This document shows positions 25,760 through 38,548 of a DNA stretch of 64,000 bases, piece by piece. The notes below the pieces were generated by a model that saw nothing but the letters and a program-made list of their open reading frames with translations, searched no databases and was not told the DNA's origin. Positions within the stretch are counted from its first letter, which is position 1; each line of letters begins with the position of its first letter. Both the position numbers and the translations under genes were made by a program. Source of the DNA: Vicugna vicugna (lineage: Eukaryota); contig MU058384.1 in the NCBI GenBank assembly GCA_013265495.1, forward strand, positions 1,675,690 to 1,739,689. The letters run 5' to 3'.

Positions 25760-26410
25760 GCACAGTGGCTGAACGCGTTCATTCTGGAGCTGGACTAGTG
25801 GTGGTCTGAATCCTGGCCGTGCTACTGTGGTTGCTTACCCATCTCTATGCCTTAGTTTCCTCACCCATAAAAAGAATAATAATGAAATTGGCATGTTCAT
25901 CTGACCCCCTAGGAAATAAATTCTGAGATAGAAATTTGTGTAGGGAGTTCTCTCAGGAAAAACATCAAAAGGGCAGTGAGGGAAGCCGGCTGGAGGAGAG
26001 GATGAAGTTGAACTGTGAAACAGGTGCAACAGAGCCTCAGCCAGTCCCACAAAGAGCTCGCAGGCCGCAGTGGCCCCGCAGAGATACCCTGAATTGAGGC
26101 AAGTCAGCCAGACCTTTGTACCCCTGAACTGACCAATTACTGGATGCAGGTTATTCCTGGAAAGACATGAAGCCTTGGGCAAGGCAGCTCCTTTCTGCCA
26201 AAGGTCCTTTCTAGGGAGGGATTTAACTAAAAGTTGTCAGCAGACAACACTTCAGGAAACGAGGGGGTGAATGCCTCTGTCATGTAGGGGGTACTGCTTA
26301 ACACACCACAACATCCACTACAGTTGGCATAAAGACTAAATGAATTAATATCTATAAATCACGTAGGATGGTACTTAGCATATTTTAGCCCAAGATAGGT
26401 GTTAGCTCTT
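25760..26410 (+). mobile_element. MIR interrupted by LTR16C
   Basis: MIR 5' half to about 25890 (ctctatgccttagtttcctcac); 3' half from 26323 (actaaatgaattaata...gtgttagct). Confidence 0.7.
25894..26322 (-). mobile_element. LTR16C (ERVL) full-length solo LTR
   Basis: Ends catccactaca (TGTAGTGGATG on minus strand); internal gaagttgaactg...gcaacagagcctcagcc. Confidence 0.85.
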
Positions 26411-27379
26411 ACATCAGTTTTACTGCCTAGAAGATCTCTGCTTTACCTGAAGGCTTCCTGACTAGATTTTTAAAAGAAGGGTGACAGTATTTCTTTTTAT
26501 TTCAATTCCCTAAGCAGCTAAACTCTGTAAATATTTATGCATTCATTTGATTATTTATGGGTTTGCTTCCACCTATTACATAATGCCATGGCTTGTTGTA
26601 CTTGCAAAAGTTTATTTCCACATTGTCTATCACAGCTTAAAGCAAATAGGGGAGAACTGTGTCTTCTTAACTAAACATGGTCATCACTAAACACACACCA
26701 GAGCAACTGGTGGTTATTTAAAGAGTAAATTAATACAGATAGTTTTCAGGAGGAAGACATCATTATAAAAACAATTCCAAACTTAGGGGCATTCTTAAAT
26801 GCCACACAAGGACTACAAATTGGCAAATCCCTGAATGGACACCATTCCAGCTACACTCTCAGATTTTCTCTCCTCTTGGCATTATTCCTCAAGCACTGAT
26901 TTCCTCATCCTGAGCCCTAGAAACCCAGCAACCAAAGCTTGATCCCCCTGGGGCTGTTATTGCAAAGGACTTGATACATATGTATGCAGCTGCCAATCTT
27001 TAAATTTAGCAAAAATTGATACTATGTATCTCTCACCATATATACCACTATAGCTCAAAATAATGTAATACTCTGATTCACAATGTGTAAACTTATTTAC
27101 TTTACTGAATAAAACATTATTGAATAAAAATAATTTTCCCTCATCATGAATTTTCTTAATCACTGTTTAGTAAATATACAATCTTTATATACTTTAGGTA
27201 AGAAAGTATTCCCAGACATAATCTCTAGACCTTTATGTTCCTCCTCACCCCATACACTATGTTATCTTTTTCAACCTGAAGGCATTGGAGACATCAGAAT
27301 CCCCTTAAGGCTAGAGACAACATCTTATTTGTCTGTATATTCTCACAATACCTTTTATACAGTAGAAAATGAAAAAAAA

Positions 27380-27770
27380 ATCATTTCACAAAGAGTTATT
27401 GCATACTTGGTTTGTGCCAGACACTGTGCTAGGTGCTGGAAATACAATTCTGAACTAAATATATAAATTCTCTACTCATATAAAACTTGCAGTGTAGTAG
27501 AAGAGACAAGTCATTTAAAAAAATCTATCATTTGTACCTTTGATAAATGACATGAAGGAAAAGTAAAGGGTGTGATAAGTGATTATTTTAGAGGAAGTTG
27601 TTTCAGATTGGGTGGGCAAGAGGGAAGTGGGAGATACCAGGAAAAGAAGCAGAGTTGAAGCTGAGATGGAAAAGGAGACGAGTAGGAGTTAGTCAACAAG
27701 ACTGACGGCTGGAAGACTCCAGGCAGGAGGCATATCATGTGTAAGTAAATGGAGGAAACTTCAATGTTAC
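27380..27770 (-). mobile_element. L2 3' end
   Basis: tgtgccagacactgtgctaggtgctgg...tccaggcagggagcatatcatgtgtaag. Confidence 0.75.
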
Positions 27771-29279
27771 CACTGGCAAAAGGACAGGACCTTTGCAATT
27801 TAGAATACAATTCAGAGATAAATTTGACTGAAAGCTTGGCATGCCAGTTTCTGAAAATTTATTTACTTCAAAAACAATTATAAGAAAACAAATTTTTCAT
27901 TTGATCGTGAAATATTTGTTCCACTAAGGATCAACCATATGGTAAGTGTCAAGAATAGACAGCGAACAAATAATGAGAGGAGCAAGTGCCGGGAAGGGGC
28001 TAGTGCAGAGAGATGAGACAACCCGGAAGGTGCCACCGAGTTCACAGTGAGCCTCCTGACAGGAAGTAGTGTGTAACTGGAGATGCGCCCTGGTCAGAGA
28101 TGGAGCTACAGCTGCAGCAGCAGGCTGAGCAAAATGCTCAGGGTCCCTCATGGGAGAGAATTAGCTTGTCTGCAAATTTTGGGATGTCTGAAAAGAGGCC
28201 CTGACCTTGGAGAGGAGTCTTGAAAGAAGACAAAATATGATGAGATATGGGGAGTACACGAACATTAAACCTCACAACATTTTTTTAAAGAAATGAAATA
28301 AATTATGTTTTAAAATTAAACTAACTCATCAAAAAATAATTCCATACTACTTTAAAAGCAAATCCAAGTGATTCAGTATTATTTCACTCAATTATTTACA
28401 AGTCGCTGTTTTTCTCAACTCAATGACAGTGTGTTTTCTTTACACTTAACTCCATTGTTTATGTTTCGATCAGACTTCTTAAATTTAGCAGATCTCACTT
28501 GCCAAATCACAAGAGAGCCAGTTTTACATGTGGACTTTATCACACGTAACCCACACATTTTTAAAATAATACTAATACTAATAATGAAAACCACACTATC
28601 TGGGCATTTCCTGAGTGTTGTGGCTTCGATAGTAGACTCTTCACAGTATCTTGGTGTTTTAGAGGGCATTCATTTCGGGGTTTTGTTTGTTATCTCCCCA
28701 GACATGACCCTCAGGACTTGCTCTTCCTTAATCAGCTAGACTGTTGAATGGCAGAAGCCTCCTTTCCCTGGGGAACTAGAACATTGTAACATGATCTTTC
28801 TGCTGCTCCCAACAAAAGACAGTCACCTGACTCCCACAGCCTCCCTAGGCCCTACGTGCTGAAGTGTGGGTCCCGCTAGTGAGGAAGAGAGGACCGAGCA
28901 GAGAAGGACAAGAAGCTGGACAGAGGAAGCAGAAACCCGGAGGGAGGAAGCAGCAGGACCAGAAATAACCAGTTTACTAAGGAAAACAGAGGAGCAGAAC
29001 GCAGGGAAGCTGAATGCTCTGTCTCTCATGTAAGTTAGCAGTTTCTAAAGTCAAAAAAGTCTTAGCAGCTGTTTCTTTAACATTTTTCCACATTTTATAA
29101 TAATCAGATATTCCCAGGAGTCTAAATGTCTTGCATGTTTTAGTAACTCAACTCAGTTCTAATCACACCTCCAAATACACCTGTGGACTTGATATATTAA
29201 TACTCCTCAGTGGGCTCATACTAAAAGCAAACCTTTCTCCTGAAGAACTCCTTGTGCTTTACCATGATTAACCAACATA

Positions 29280-29450
29280 CATGGTAAGAAAAAGGGAGAG
29301 AAATTGCTGCTATCTGCAATTTGCATTCAGGGAAAGTGCCAGAGAAATGTAGTCTAATGTCTAAAGTCACCCAGCCAGTTAAGGAAAATGCCAAGACCAG
29401 GTGCCATGTCTTGCTCTGTGGATTCAACCTGCCTCCCTCACTGAATCACA
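29280..29450 (-). mobile_element. MIR fragment
   Basis: cagagaaatgtagtctaatgtctaaagtcacccagccagttaag. Confidence 0.5.
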
Positions 29451-30110
29451 GTGGCTTATTAATTTAAAGAGAGTCATCCTTTAGCCACGAAATAAACAGA
29501 GGAAGGTTCTTTTGTGATGGGTGTGATTTCTTTCCATAAAAAAAAACACCCTTTTGCAGAAGGTATCTTTTTACCCTAAATTTAACAGAATGTAATAAAA
29601 CATTCATAACATCTGTCTAAGCTTCCCTCTGCTAATAGTGAAACACTGAACCACACATGCGTGTTGCACGGTAGAAGAACCATCTGCCCCCACTGGGGTG
29701 TTACCTAATACTTATTCGGAAAACAATTTTTATTTGGATTCATGCTTCACTTCATGCTTTCAAGAGATCGGCATCTGAGAAGGCAGGGAGTTGATTTCCA
29801 GAAGATACTGCACATGCAACAGATTTTTGCACTGTGTTTGTTTCTGGTGAAGTAACTCAACTTTTGTATTTCAAAAGTGGTCTTCTGGTCTCTCTATGAT
29901 GTTCTTGGGGACCCTGAACCATACATGAGCTCCTGCCACTGCTCACAAGGGCACAGTGGTGGTTTTAAAAGGAGTCATTCTGCTAAATCCGAACATAACA
30001 ATGGGAAAGGGAGGATCCGCTCTCCAGCTGGTGTTAAATCTTGCAAGTTATTATCAAGTCCTCTCCCCAGGGCTGGCATCTGCCCTTCCATTCAATATAT
30101 CCCTCTACAG

Positions 30111-30143
30111 AATCCAAATACCTCGGGATTCAACTGTTGCATG
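30111..30143 (+). other. Candidate plus-strand small exon (alternative acceptor at 30071)
   Basis: tccctctacag|33 nt|ATG/GTAAGC; gtcctctccccag acceptor 40 nt upstream. Confidence 0.2.
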
Positions 30144-30324
30144 GTAAGCATTGACAATCGCCCTTACACTTTCTGCAGGGGGTGTACATAACCAGTATAG
30201 GTGGCTCAAAGCTGTCAGCAACTTAGACAGTCTCTACTAAGTCTTGCTTCCCTACCACAATCAAGTTCAATAACATTTGCCACCACCCTGTAACACAATG
30301 TGAAAATATTTTACTTTATAGAAT

Positions 30325-30625
30325 CATTAAATGTAAAGGGCCAGAAAAGAATCTGGAAATCAAAACTCAATGTTTTACAAAGGACAGAAGAATTTCTAAG
30401 AGCTAAGGTGACTTGTCCAATGTCATATCAACAAACAGTGACACAAACAGGACTTGAACCCTGGGGTCCTAGCTCTAGCCTGCCTCTTGCTGTATTGCAT
30501 TTCCCATGCAGTAAGCTGTACAGGGACCACGCCTTGTTCATTTGTCACTATATATGCAGCTTCTAGCACAGTGCCTAACACATAGCACAGAGGGAAGGGA
30601 AGAAAGAAGGAATATTTAATGGTTG
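30325..30625. mobile_element. MIR (minus) followed by L2 tail (plus)
   Basis: aaggtgacttgtccaatgtcat...ggacttgaaccc; ctagcacagtgcctaacacatag. Confidence 0.65.
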
Positions 30626-31517
30626 AGTCCTAAATCTAACTTTTTTTTTTAATCTTGACTATCTTAGCTTATGTAGCTGGGTCTGTGAGAATGGGGTTCT
30701 GGTGGAGAAAAGACAGACTCAGACAAAAGGACTACCAGACACGTGAGGAGTAGGGTATGGGGTTTGCAGAGAAGGATAGAGTTGGATGGAAATATCAGAG
30801 GCTTATAACTGAAGAAAGAACATCAGGGTAGGATGTCTGGCCCCAAAGTATGGCTCTCTGGAGTCACGTATTTCAAGGAAGTTGTGTGGTGTGAGTGTGA
30901 AGAGGGTACAAGGGATCCAGGACAGAGAAGCTAATAAGCTCCTTTTCCTATAGAGACAGCAGCCCAAAGGTGGGGCATGGATTCTCATCAGAGCTCTCTG
31001 CCAGGTTCAGACCCACTTTTGCCTCCCATGAGATTCTATGACCTCTGTGAAGCATTAGCCCTGAAAGGGACTTGGACAGTGATAATCTTGAATCCAGTCT
31101 CCTGGGTCCCTTTCAGATACGTCACCCAGCACCCAGCTTACATCAGATTCCTCTGTGGAGTATGGAGGGAAGTGGTACAGATAGACGCTCCCCTCATGAG
31201 GATCCAGGGTTCCTCCAATGCTCTGCCATCCTCGACCAGCCCTGGCCCTGGCATCACAATAGCCACTGTCCCTCCCTCTCCATCCTTACACCAAGCATGT
31301 ACCTACACAGCGTAAATAATCCCTTACAGCCCCTAATAATCTCATACATGGTCAGCATAGTTTAGCCATTTAAATAGTAATGTAACTCAACATTACAAAT
31401 ATAAATAAATCTCTATTTATTAAATGCAAATGTGTCTCTATTTTCTGGTTCAATGTGACTTTCAACTGCATGTCTTAAAGGCACCTCATAAGCAAAATTT
31501 TCAATCTTCAGTGAATG

Positions 31518-32631
31518 CAATCCATCCTCTTTATTCGTGGATTCCAAATTGCAAATTTTGCCTACTTGTTAAAATTCATTTGTAACCCCCAAATCAATAC
31601 ACAGGACGTTTCATAGACACACTTGGAGGGAGAAAAATTGGGGAGATTGGACCCCCTCAACCCCAGTGAGGAACAAGGCATCACTCTGCCTTCCTGTGGA
31701 GGCCCTCCTACAGTATACCAGTGCTCTTTCTACAGTCTGTTGACTGCCATCTTTTTCACATTTTTGTGAGTTTTGTTGGATCTCACTTTTGAAACGAAGA
31801 TCCCAAGCGTCCTGCTGAAGGGCTGCCTAGTGCTCCTGAGCACAATAAGACTGAGATGTTCTTACAGAGGAAATACATGTATCAGGTACACTTTGTTCAG
31901 GCACGAGTTATATTGTTACTGGCTGTGAGATCAATGTTAATGAATCAACAATGTGTGACGGTTAATTTTATGTGTCAATTTTACTGCTCCTTGGGGTGTG
32001 CAGATTAAACATTATTTGGGGGTGTGTCTGTAAGGGTGTTTTCTGATGAGATTAGCATTTGAATCCGTCAACTCAGTGAAGTTGACTGCCTTCTGCAGTG
32101 TGGGTGGGCACCATCCACTCCTTTGGAGGCCTCAAGAGAACAAAAGGCAGAAGAAGGAGGGCTTTGCCACTTCTCCCTCCTGCCTTGAGCTAGGCCTGCT
32201 GCTCCTGGACTAGGAATTTACACCTCAGCTCCCTGGGTTCTCAGGCTTTCGGACGCAGATTGAAATTACACCACCAACCTTCCTGAGTTTCCAGCTTGCG
32301 GATGGCAAACCGTGAGACCTCTCAGCTTTCGTAGTCTCATGAGCGAATTCCTCGTAATACATTTCCATATACATTTTTATATAGATTATATCTACAAATA
32401 TAAATATATATATAGATTCTGTTTCTTGGGAGAACTTTAATACAATGTCTTTAAACAGATACACACATAAAACGAGGACATGTATTAACCATCTGATGAA
32501 AATATTGTGACCAGCAGCTCACATGAATGTAATCCTGGACTTCCTCTAGAAGCAAGGGCTCAAGATTCACTAATTCAGTGTTTGTAGCAACCTTATAGAA
32601 CAGAACTGTCGTGAATAAAGAGAACTGACTA
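31518..32631 (+). mobile_element. MER82 split by an MLT2 LTR
   Basis: caatccatcctctttattcgtggattcc...tgaataaagagaactgact; colinear with the MER82 at 20363. Confidence 0.85.
31954..32444 (+). mobile_element. MLT2 (ERVL) solo LTR
   Basis: Starts tgtgacggttaattttatgtgtcaa, ends ttctgtttcttgggagaactttaataca; internal gatgagattagcatttgaatc. Confidence 0.9.
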
Positions 32632-33679
32632 TCATTCTCTCTTTACTTCACGTCAAATCTCACCTAAGCCACAAGCTCAGTTAGTGTCCCAGAAGCCTGG
32701 GATTAGCCGTCCCCCTCTGCACCCACAGCCCATCAGTCCTCAGCCTAAGCGAGTGCATTCTCTCCTCCTCAGCTCCACTACCCGGGGTCAGGTCCTCATC
32801 ATCCAGCAGCAAAATGATCACAGTGGGCTCCTAACTTGCCTTTCTACTTCCCTTTGTAGTCCCCGCGCACCCACCCATGTGAATGGACTGTGACCCTCCT
32901 CTGCTTAAAACCCTACCTCTGAGATCTCACCAGGCCTGAAACCACACCTCAACTCCACATTCCAGGGAGGCACTTGAAGCTCCTGTGATAACAAGCTGCT
33001 GGAGTTCCCTGCATCTGTTGTGCTCCCCACCTCCACTCTTTGCATATGTTGCTCTCTCTGCCTAGGATGCCTTTCCTCACCTTTTTAAGTTGGTGAACAC
33101 CTACTCAACTTTTAAGACACAACTCAAATGGCACCTCCAACTTGAAGAGTTCTCTGGTCCAAATACAGGAAGAGGGGAGCTCCTTGCTCAGGGCAACCTC
33201 TGCATCTGGTATGTACTTTACTAACAGACTTGATGACATTCAGTGGTAATTGTTTTTATTTTCCTCTTCCTTAGCCCTACCAGACTGAGCTCCTAAGGAC
33301 AAGAACTGTCTTTTCATGTATAATCCCACAGGAAGTTTCCTACACTGCTCAGAATACGGTATTCTATAAGTAATGATGAAAAACTGAGTAAGTGAATGAA
33401 TAAATGACACTATTCCCATAGATCTCACTTTGAAAACTTACCCTCCTACATCCCATGTCAACCTCATCCTGGTCTCAGCTCTCTACCTGCTTAAAGTAAT
33501 TCTAATTTGGTAACTACCCACTCAGAGAAGAGTAGAGGTTTCTAGGCAAAACTGTAACTGCCAGGTGTTGCCTATTTTAAAGCTTATGGTTGAAACCACA
33601 AAAATATCCGGCTGCCTGTCTAACCTTTGCTTTGACCTGGAAACTTCCTCCCTGTTTTGTCTATTATCCACAATTTATC

Positions 33680-33930
33680 CTTCCTTTAAGGTCGAAACTT
33701 TTTCTTCTCTAAAAAGCCTTCCCAGCTACTCTCCCGTCCACCCCCAACCTCTGACTCTCTCATCTTCTGTTCTCCTGGAGAGGTTCTTAGCACTTGCTGT
33801 TGGGCACTTCTAATTATCCTTCTGTGTCTGCTGACCTGTCTCCTGAACAACAATAGAGAGTCTTGAGAGCAGGTACCAATGCATGCCAAACACACAGTAG
33901 ATGTGACACAGATACTTGCTAAGAAAGTGA
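33680..33930 (+). mobile_element. L2 3' fragment
   Basis: gagtcttgagagcagg...cacacagtagatgtg...agatacttgct. Confidence 0.5.
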
Positions 33931-33974
33931 GTCACAATGACTTTGTGAGGTGGGCTTGTAATAGCAGAGGAGCG

Positions 33975-34225
33975 GTACAGCATAATGATGGAGACTAATG
34001 TTCTAGGATCCAACTGGGTTGTAATCCTGATTCATATTCTATCTGGGAAACCTTAAGTTATTAAATCTCTTTATGCCTTGGCTTCCCAATCTATAAAATG
34101 GGATAACACATATCTTGCAGGTCTTTGTTGTGATTAAAAGAGATAATACATACCAATTATTTAGCAAATTCCTTAGCACAGTGCCTGGGCCACAGTGCAT
34201 ACTCAATACCTAGTTGGCTATTAGA
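33975..34225 (+). mobile_element. MIR SINE
   Basis: tacagcataatg...aagttattaaatctctttatgccttggcttcccaatctataaaatgggataa...cttagcacagtgcctgg. Confidence 0.8.
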
Positions 34226-36111
34226 AATCTATTTTGCAGAGATAAGAAAACTAGTGCAAAAGACTAAATTATCCAAGATCACTCAGAGATAAATTGAGAG
34301 GTAGGGTTGAAATAGCAGAAAGTTAAAAGGGTTTCAAATGGTAAAATGACAAAGCTGAAATGAGAGTGACAAGGGTGTGCTGACTCAAAGAGGAGGGTCT
34401 CAGAGACAGTCCTGTTGGGCCATATCCTTAGAAGGGGAAGAAGTGCACAGATAAAGATCACTTTAGGATGCAGTGATCCTGGGTGTTCAAGGCGAGGGAC
34501 AAAGAAATAAGTGCAACAAAGGAGAGTGCATTCTAGAACAGGGTCTAAGGGCATATTGGCTCAGGTGAGGCACAGAGGGCTAAAGAGAGACCAAGAAGGG
34601 CTGGAAAGGAGTTCAACAGTATGGCAGACTGGGTACAAGAGCAGGCAAGACCTCCCCCAGGTGAACCCCTCCGCCAAAAGCTGAGCCCGGCACGGGAGCT
34701 TGTGACAAAGGAGTGTCTGGAATAAACAAAGAATGCTTTAATCTGAGGAAAGGAGTATGCGGGTGGCGTTTCTCACTGGTACTTCGTTTGTTCATCTAAG
34801 TTATCTTTCCCCAGGCAAAGGCCAGCTGTGTGCTTGTGCCCACCCTTGGGGCCAACATCTCCATTAAGCACAGGAAGCCCAGCGCCCAGAGTTCGCGATG
34901 CTTTCAGCAGTCCATGAAAGCAGTTTTGTTTTCATTACTTTTAAAATCAGAACCAAAAAAGACATAATAATGAATACATAAAAATGAATCCAGCCTGGAT
35001 TATATGCATCTTTATATCAACATAGTCATAAAATATGATTATCACTGTGGAGGAAGGGGCTCTCGAGGCAAAAGTCCTCAGCTAAGTGGTGAACCATTTT
35101 CCAGAAAAAGCACCAAAGTCATAACTCAACCCTGCCAATCATGTGAGCTGAAATCAGTCAGCAAGAAAAGTTAGAAAGAAGTAGAGAAAGTCCAGAATAG
35201 TAGGGCCCTATCTATGTTTGGGGAAGAAATTTCTATCTTTTGAGTGAGGACAAAGAAGATCCCAGATTCCATCCCTACCCCCATCCCCACCCCACCCCAG
35301 CAACGGTGCAATTCAGAACACTCTGTATCTAACAGCATGAATTACACCTATGGGACCCATTCACTCATTTTCATGCAACATCAAAGATGACCCAAACTCT
35401 TTGGCATCCTCATTTCTATCTTTTGGTCAACTCTTCAGCACTTTCAGCCCTGTGCAATACCTAGCCCATCCATGGTGCCTCAAAATGTTCGAAACATGAC
35501 AATATTGATTTTCCTTTTGTTTCAAGCTCTCGAATCATTAATTTAGAAGAATGCAATTTCCATGCTGCATCCTAAAAACCCATTCACCTATTCTTACAAA
35601 ATATTAGGATCAATTAGGAACAGCTCTCATCATTAAAATATTTTAAATGAGTAAGAAAGAAAAGGGGTTACACCTTCCTCTTATTTTGCACTGAACATAG
35701 TCCATTGGGGTTTATAAATACACTTTATCAAATCCCTCTGTGCAAGTAGTCCTGAGTGCTTCCCCCACCAACTCTGCACCCTGAGAGAATGAATAAATGA
35801 ATATCTAAGAGGGCCCACACAATACCCATGAGATAATCGGCATGCTGGAAGTGTCGGAAGATATCATGTATGATAGACACCGAAGAGTGACCCTGTGCAT
35901 TTCACTCCAGAATTACTGGTTGGCGGAAATGGCTGAAGCACTACAAACAGATCTGAGGCCACAATGGATAAATTCAGAGAACAGGGTAGGCATGATTAGT
36001 AGATGTCAGAAATGATACTTTTCTGCCTCCCGCCCCCCACAGATTGATGCAGGACAGTTTCTGATTTCCTTTGTTTTTCAACCTCAATCTATTGTAGCTC
36101 CAGTTACTCAC

Positions 36112-36341
36112 TACAAATAGCCACACTGTTTACAGAAGGCTGGAGTGTCAGTTGGACCAGAGCAGGCCCACCTCCGAAAGCCCAAATCCCAGCCCCCTGG
36201 AGGCTCTTGGGGTTCCAGCCTCCTGGGGAGTAAGTAAAGACCGCCAAAGGTTGATCTCCGAATTGAATTTCTGCAAGGCCAGCTTGCAGTGGCCTTACAA
36301 TCAGAAGGAGACACTGAGGGAGCATCCATACACCAGCCATG
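36112..36341 (-). other. Candidate exon (230 nt) with open frame MAGVWMLPQ...
   Basis: attattttcag|CATGG acceptor; GTA|GTGAGT donor; non-repeat DNA. Confidence 0.2.
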
Positions 36342-36755
36342 CTGAAAATAATTATTCCAATCCATGAATACCAGCTAAGCTATGAGAATGGTCTTGTAAG
36401 CAAGGTCTGCTTTAATAGAAACATAAGTATTATGCATTGCAGGCTATTATAAATTGGTTGTAATTTTCTCCTGACACTTTCTGAATTAAACTAGTTAGTA
36501 TACAAAAAATAATAATAATAATAATAACGAATGCCACAAAGCAAAAAACAAACTCGATGTCTGAAGGTTAATGATTGCTCATGAAAGCCACAGAAATAAA
36601 TGATCTGCCTAGGGACACTGTCACATGATCAGCACAAAAGCTGCAACAGCCAAAAATGTTTATGTAGAGGAAAAAAACACTGTCAGCGTCACAGAACCCT
36701 TCCCCCCACAGCTAAATTCGAGTCCTGAGCCAGCCAGCTGCTCCTGACTGCTTAC

Positions 36756-36904
36756 ATTAAACTAATTTGTGCTGCTACATTGCAGCTGCTTAATTTTTAG
36801 TCTGAACTTTATCACCAATAAGTGTTACAATAACAAGCGATATGATGGTATCTCTGAAGAAATATCCATCAACCCCCAAACAATGACAGCTTCACAAGAG
36901 AAGA
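36756..36904 (-). other. Candidate non-coding exon (149 nt)
   Basis: Strong acceptor (T)n-aatttgtttttctgcag|; donor AAT|GTAAGC. Confidence 0.3.
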
Positions 36905-38548
36905 CTGCAGAAAAACAAATTAAAAAAAAAAAAATCACCCCACACTGCCTCTTTAAAGTGGGGGGAGGGGCGAACTTTTAGTGGGAAAGGCTTTAAAACG
37001 CTGCTTTGTTCCGAAGGCCATTCTGAAATGAAGAAGGGGGATGATTGAAAAGGTTAGCGAGCAGGGGAGGAGTTAACAAGTAAGATGTGCTTTTGCTAAG
37101 AGAGGGTGATTTGCAAGGTGAGAGCCTGAGATGGGAGAAGGCAATTTTGCTACAACAATGCAATCTATACCCTCTTTCTCCTGCTCACTGCCGCCCAAAA
37201 CCTTACGCCAACCCAAACTGGAGCTTGAGCAGTAATTCTGGACTTGCTCTAAACATTATCCTTTGGCCAGCCAGGCGCTGGAGCTTACAATATTACTTGT
37301 TGTTCCCCATGTTTTCCTGTGTTGTTTTTCTAGCCCAGTGTAAATGCAGAAACTCTTCTTTGGGCAGAAACAGACACTGACCTGAACTGGTTTAAATTCC
37401 TGCCAAATATGCAGGCACTGTTTTTGCTACGTTTTGGAATTTGGCTTCAACCCTATGTCAGGCATTTATTTGTACTCAGAACTAGAATAGAGACTTAACA
37501 ACTTAAAAAATAAAGCTTTTAAAAAACAAAAAGCGTTAGGAATGCACTGAAACTTTTCCATTATTAACTCATCTGAATATGATGAATGTCTTTAGTTGAG
37601 ATATCTCTTTACACTCTCCTGTTTACTGGGGGGGGGGGTTGGGATAATTCAGCTTCACCCTGCTCAGTAATTACAAAAACAATTCCTTTGAAAGCAGGGG
37701 AAGAACACCCATGTCAGCTATTCACAGCATTTTTTAAATTCTGTGGTTTTCAGAATTAAGGTTCAAAGTGAGTGTCACAATGTTGAGTAATAAAGTAGTT
37801 TTTCTTGCACATAGACATCCTAAATTTAAAGAGAGCTGTTTACGCTGGAATAATTTTCTCAGGGAGGGAAGTGGGGGTTGGGTGGAGATTCAGATCCACC
37901 TCTGTTTTTTCAGCTCAACGCTTTTACACCCCATGGTCCCATCCCAGATCCTAGCAGAATTTTCTTTTTTCAAGCAGCTAGTTAAATCACGCTATAGGAC
38001 TGACTCAGAATGCCATGGGGCAGGGCTCTGCTTCCATGGGTTTCTGTTCATGACCCCCAACTGTGGCTGGGTGACTGTGAGAGTTCGCCAAGGGACAATC
38101 CCAGGGGACGTGGAGGAGAGTCCCTGGGGCCCATCAGGACCGTTCAGCCCCTGTGCCAAGTGGGTCACTGTTGTACAACTCCAGGCTTTCTCTCCACCCA
38201 GGGATCCGCGGGATGCCTCTGTCTGCTGTTGGCAAGGCTTTAAGATTGCTGGGAACTGAGACACAAGCATCCTGGGGCCCGGAGGTGTGGCAGGGTGTAA
38301 CCTGAATGAGGACAACTTTCTAAAAGGCACATTACTGTAGGCAGGCTGGGGAAGGACTGAAGATGGGAAGACAATGGAAGGGAGGATCTCTGAAGAGCTA
38401 GTCACTTTTCTCAGTGATGGAGTCAGCAGCTTCCTCCATTTGCCCTTGAACAGAGGACAAGAACTTGCATTTGGAGGCTAGACATCCTCTCAAAAATTCC
38501 ATTGTGAAATGAGGAATTAATTTGAAGGAATGTACCTGTCTATCTTAC

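Larger units (their letters stand above)
31450..33410 (+). mobile_element. L2 element hosting a MER82 that hosts an MLT2
   Basis: L2-like ttcagtgaatg left of the insert; ctgcttaaaaccct, ctgcctaggatgccttt and tail tgaatgaataaatga on the right. Confidence 0.65.

Noticed and set aside
33436..33500. Strong minus-strand donor AGG|GTAAGT after 33442
   Set aside because: No convincing acceptor or promoter context; isolated donors are frequent
37768..38405. Longest ORFs in the track (163 aa on +, 137 aa on -)
   Set aside because: Non-ATG starts, overlapping on both strands, no recognisable domain or splice framing; expected in a locally GC-richer stretch
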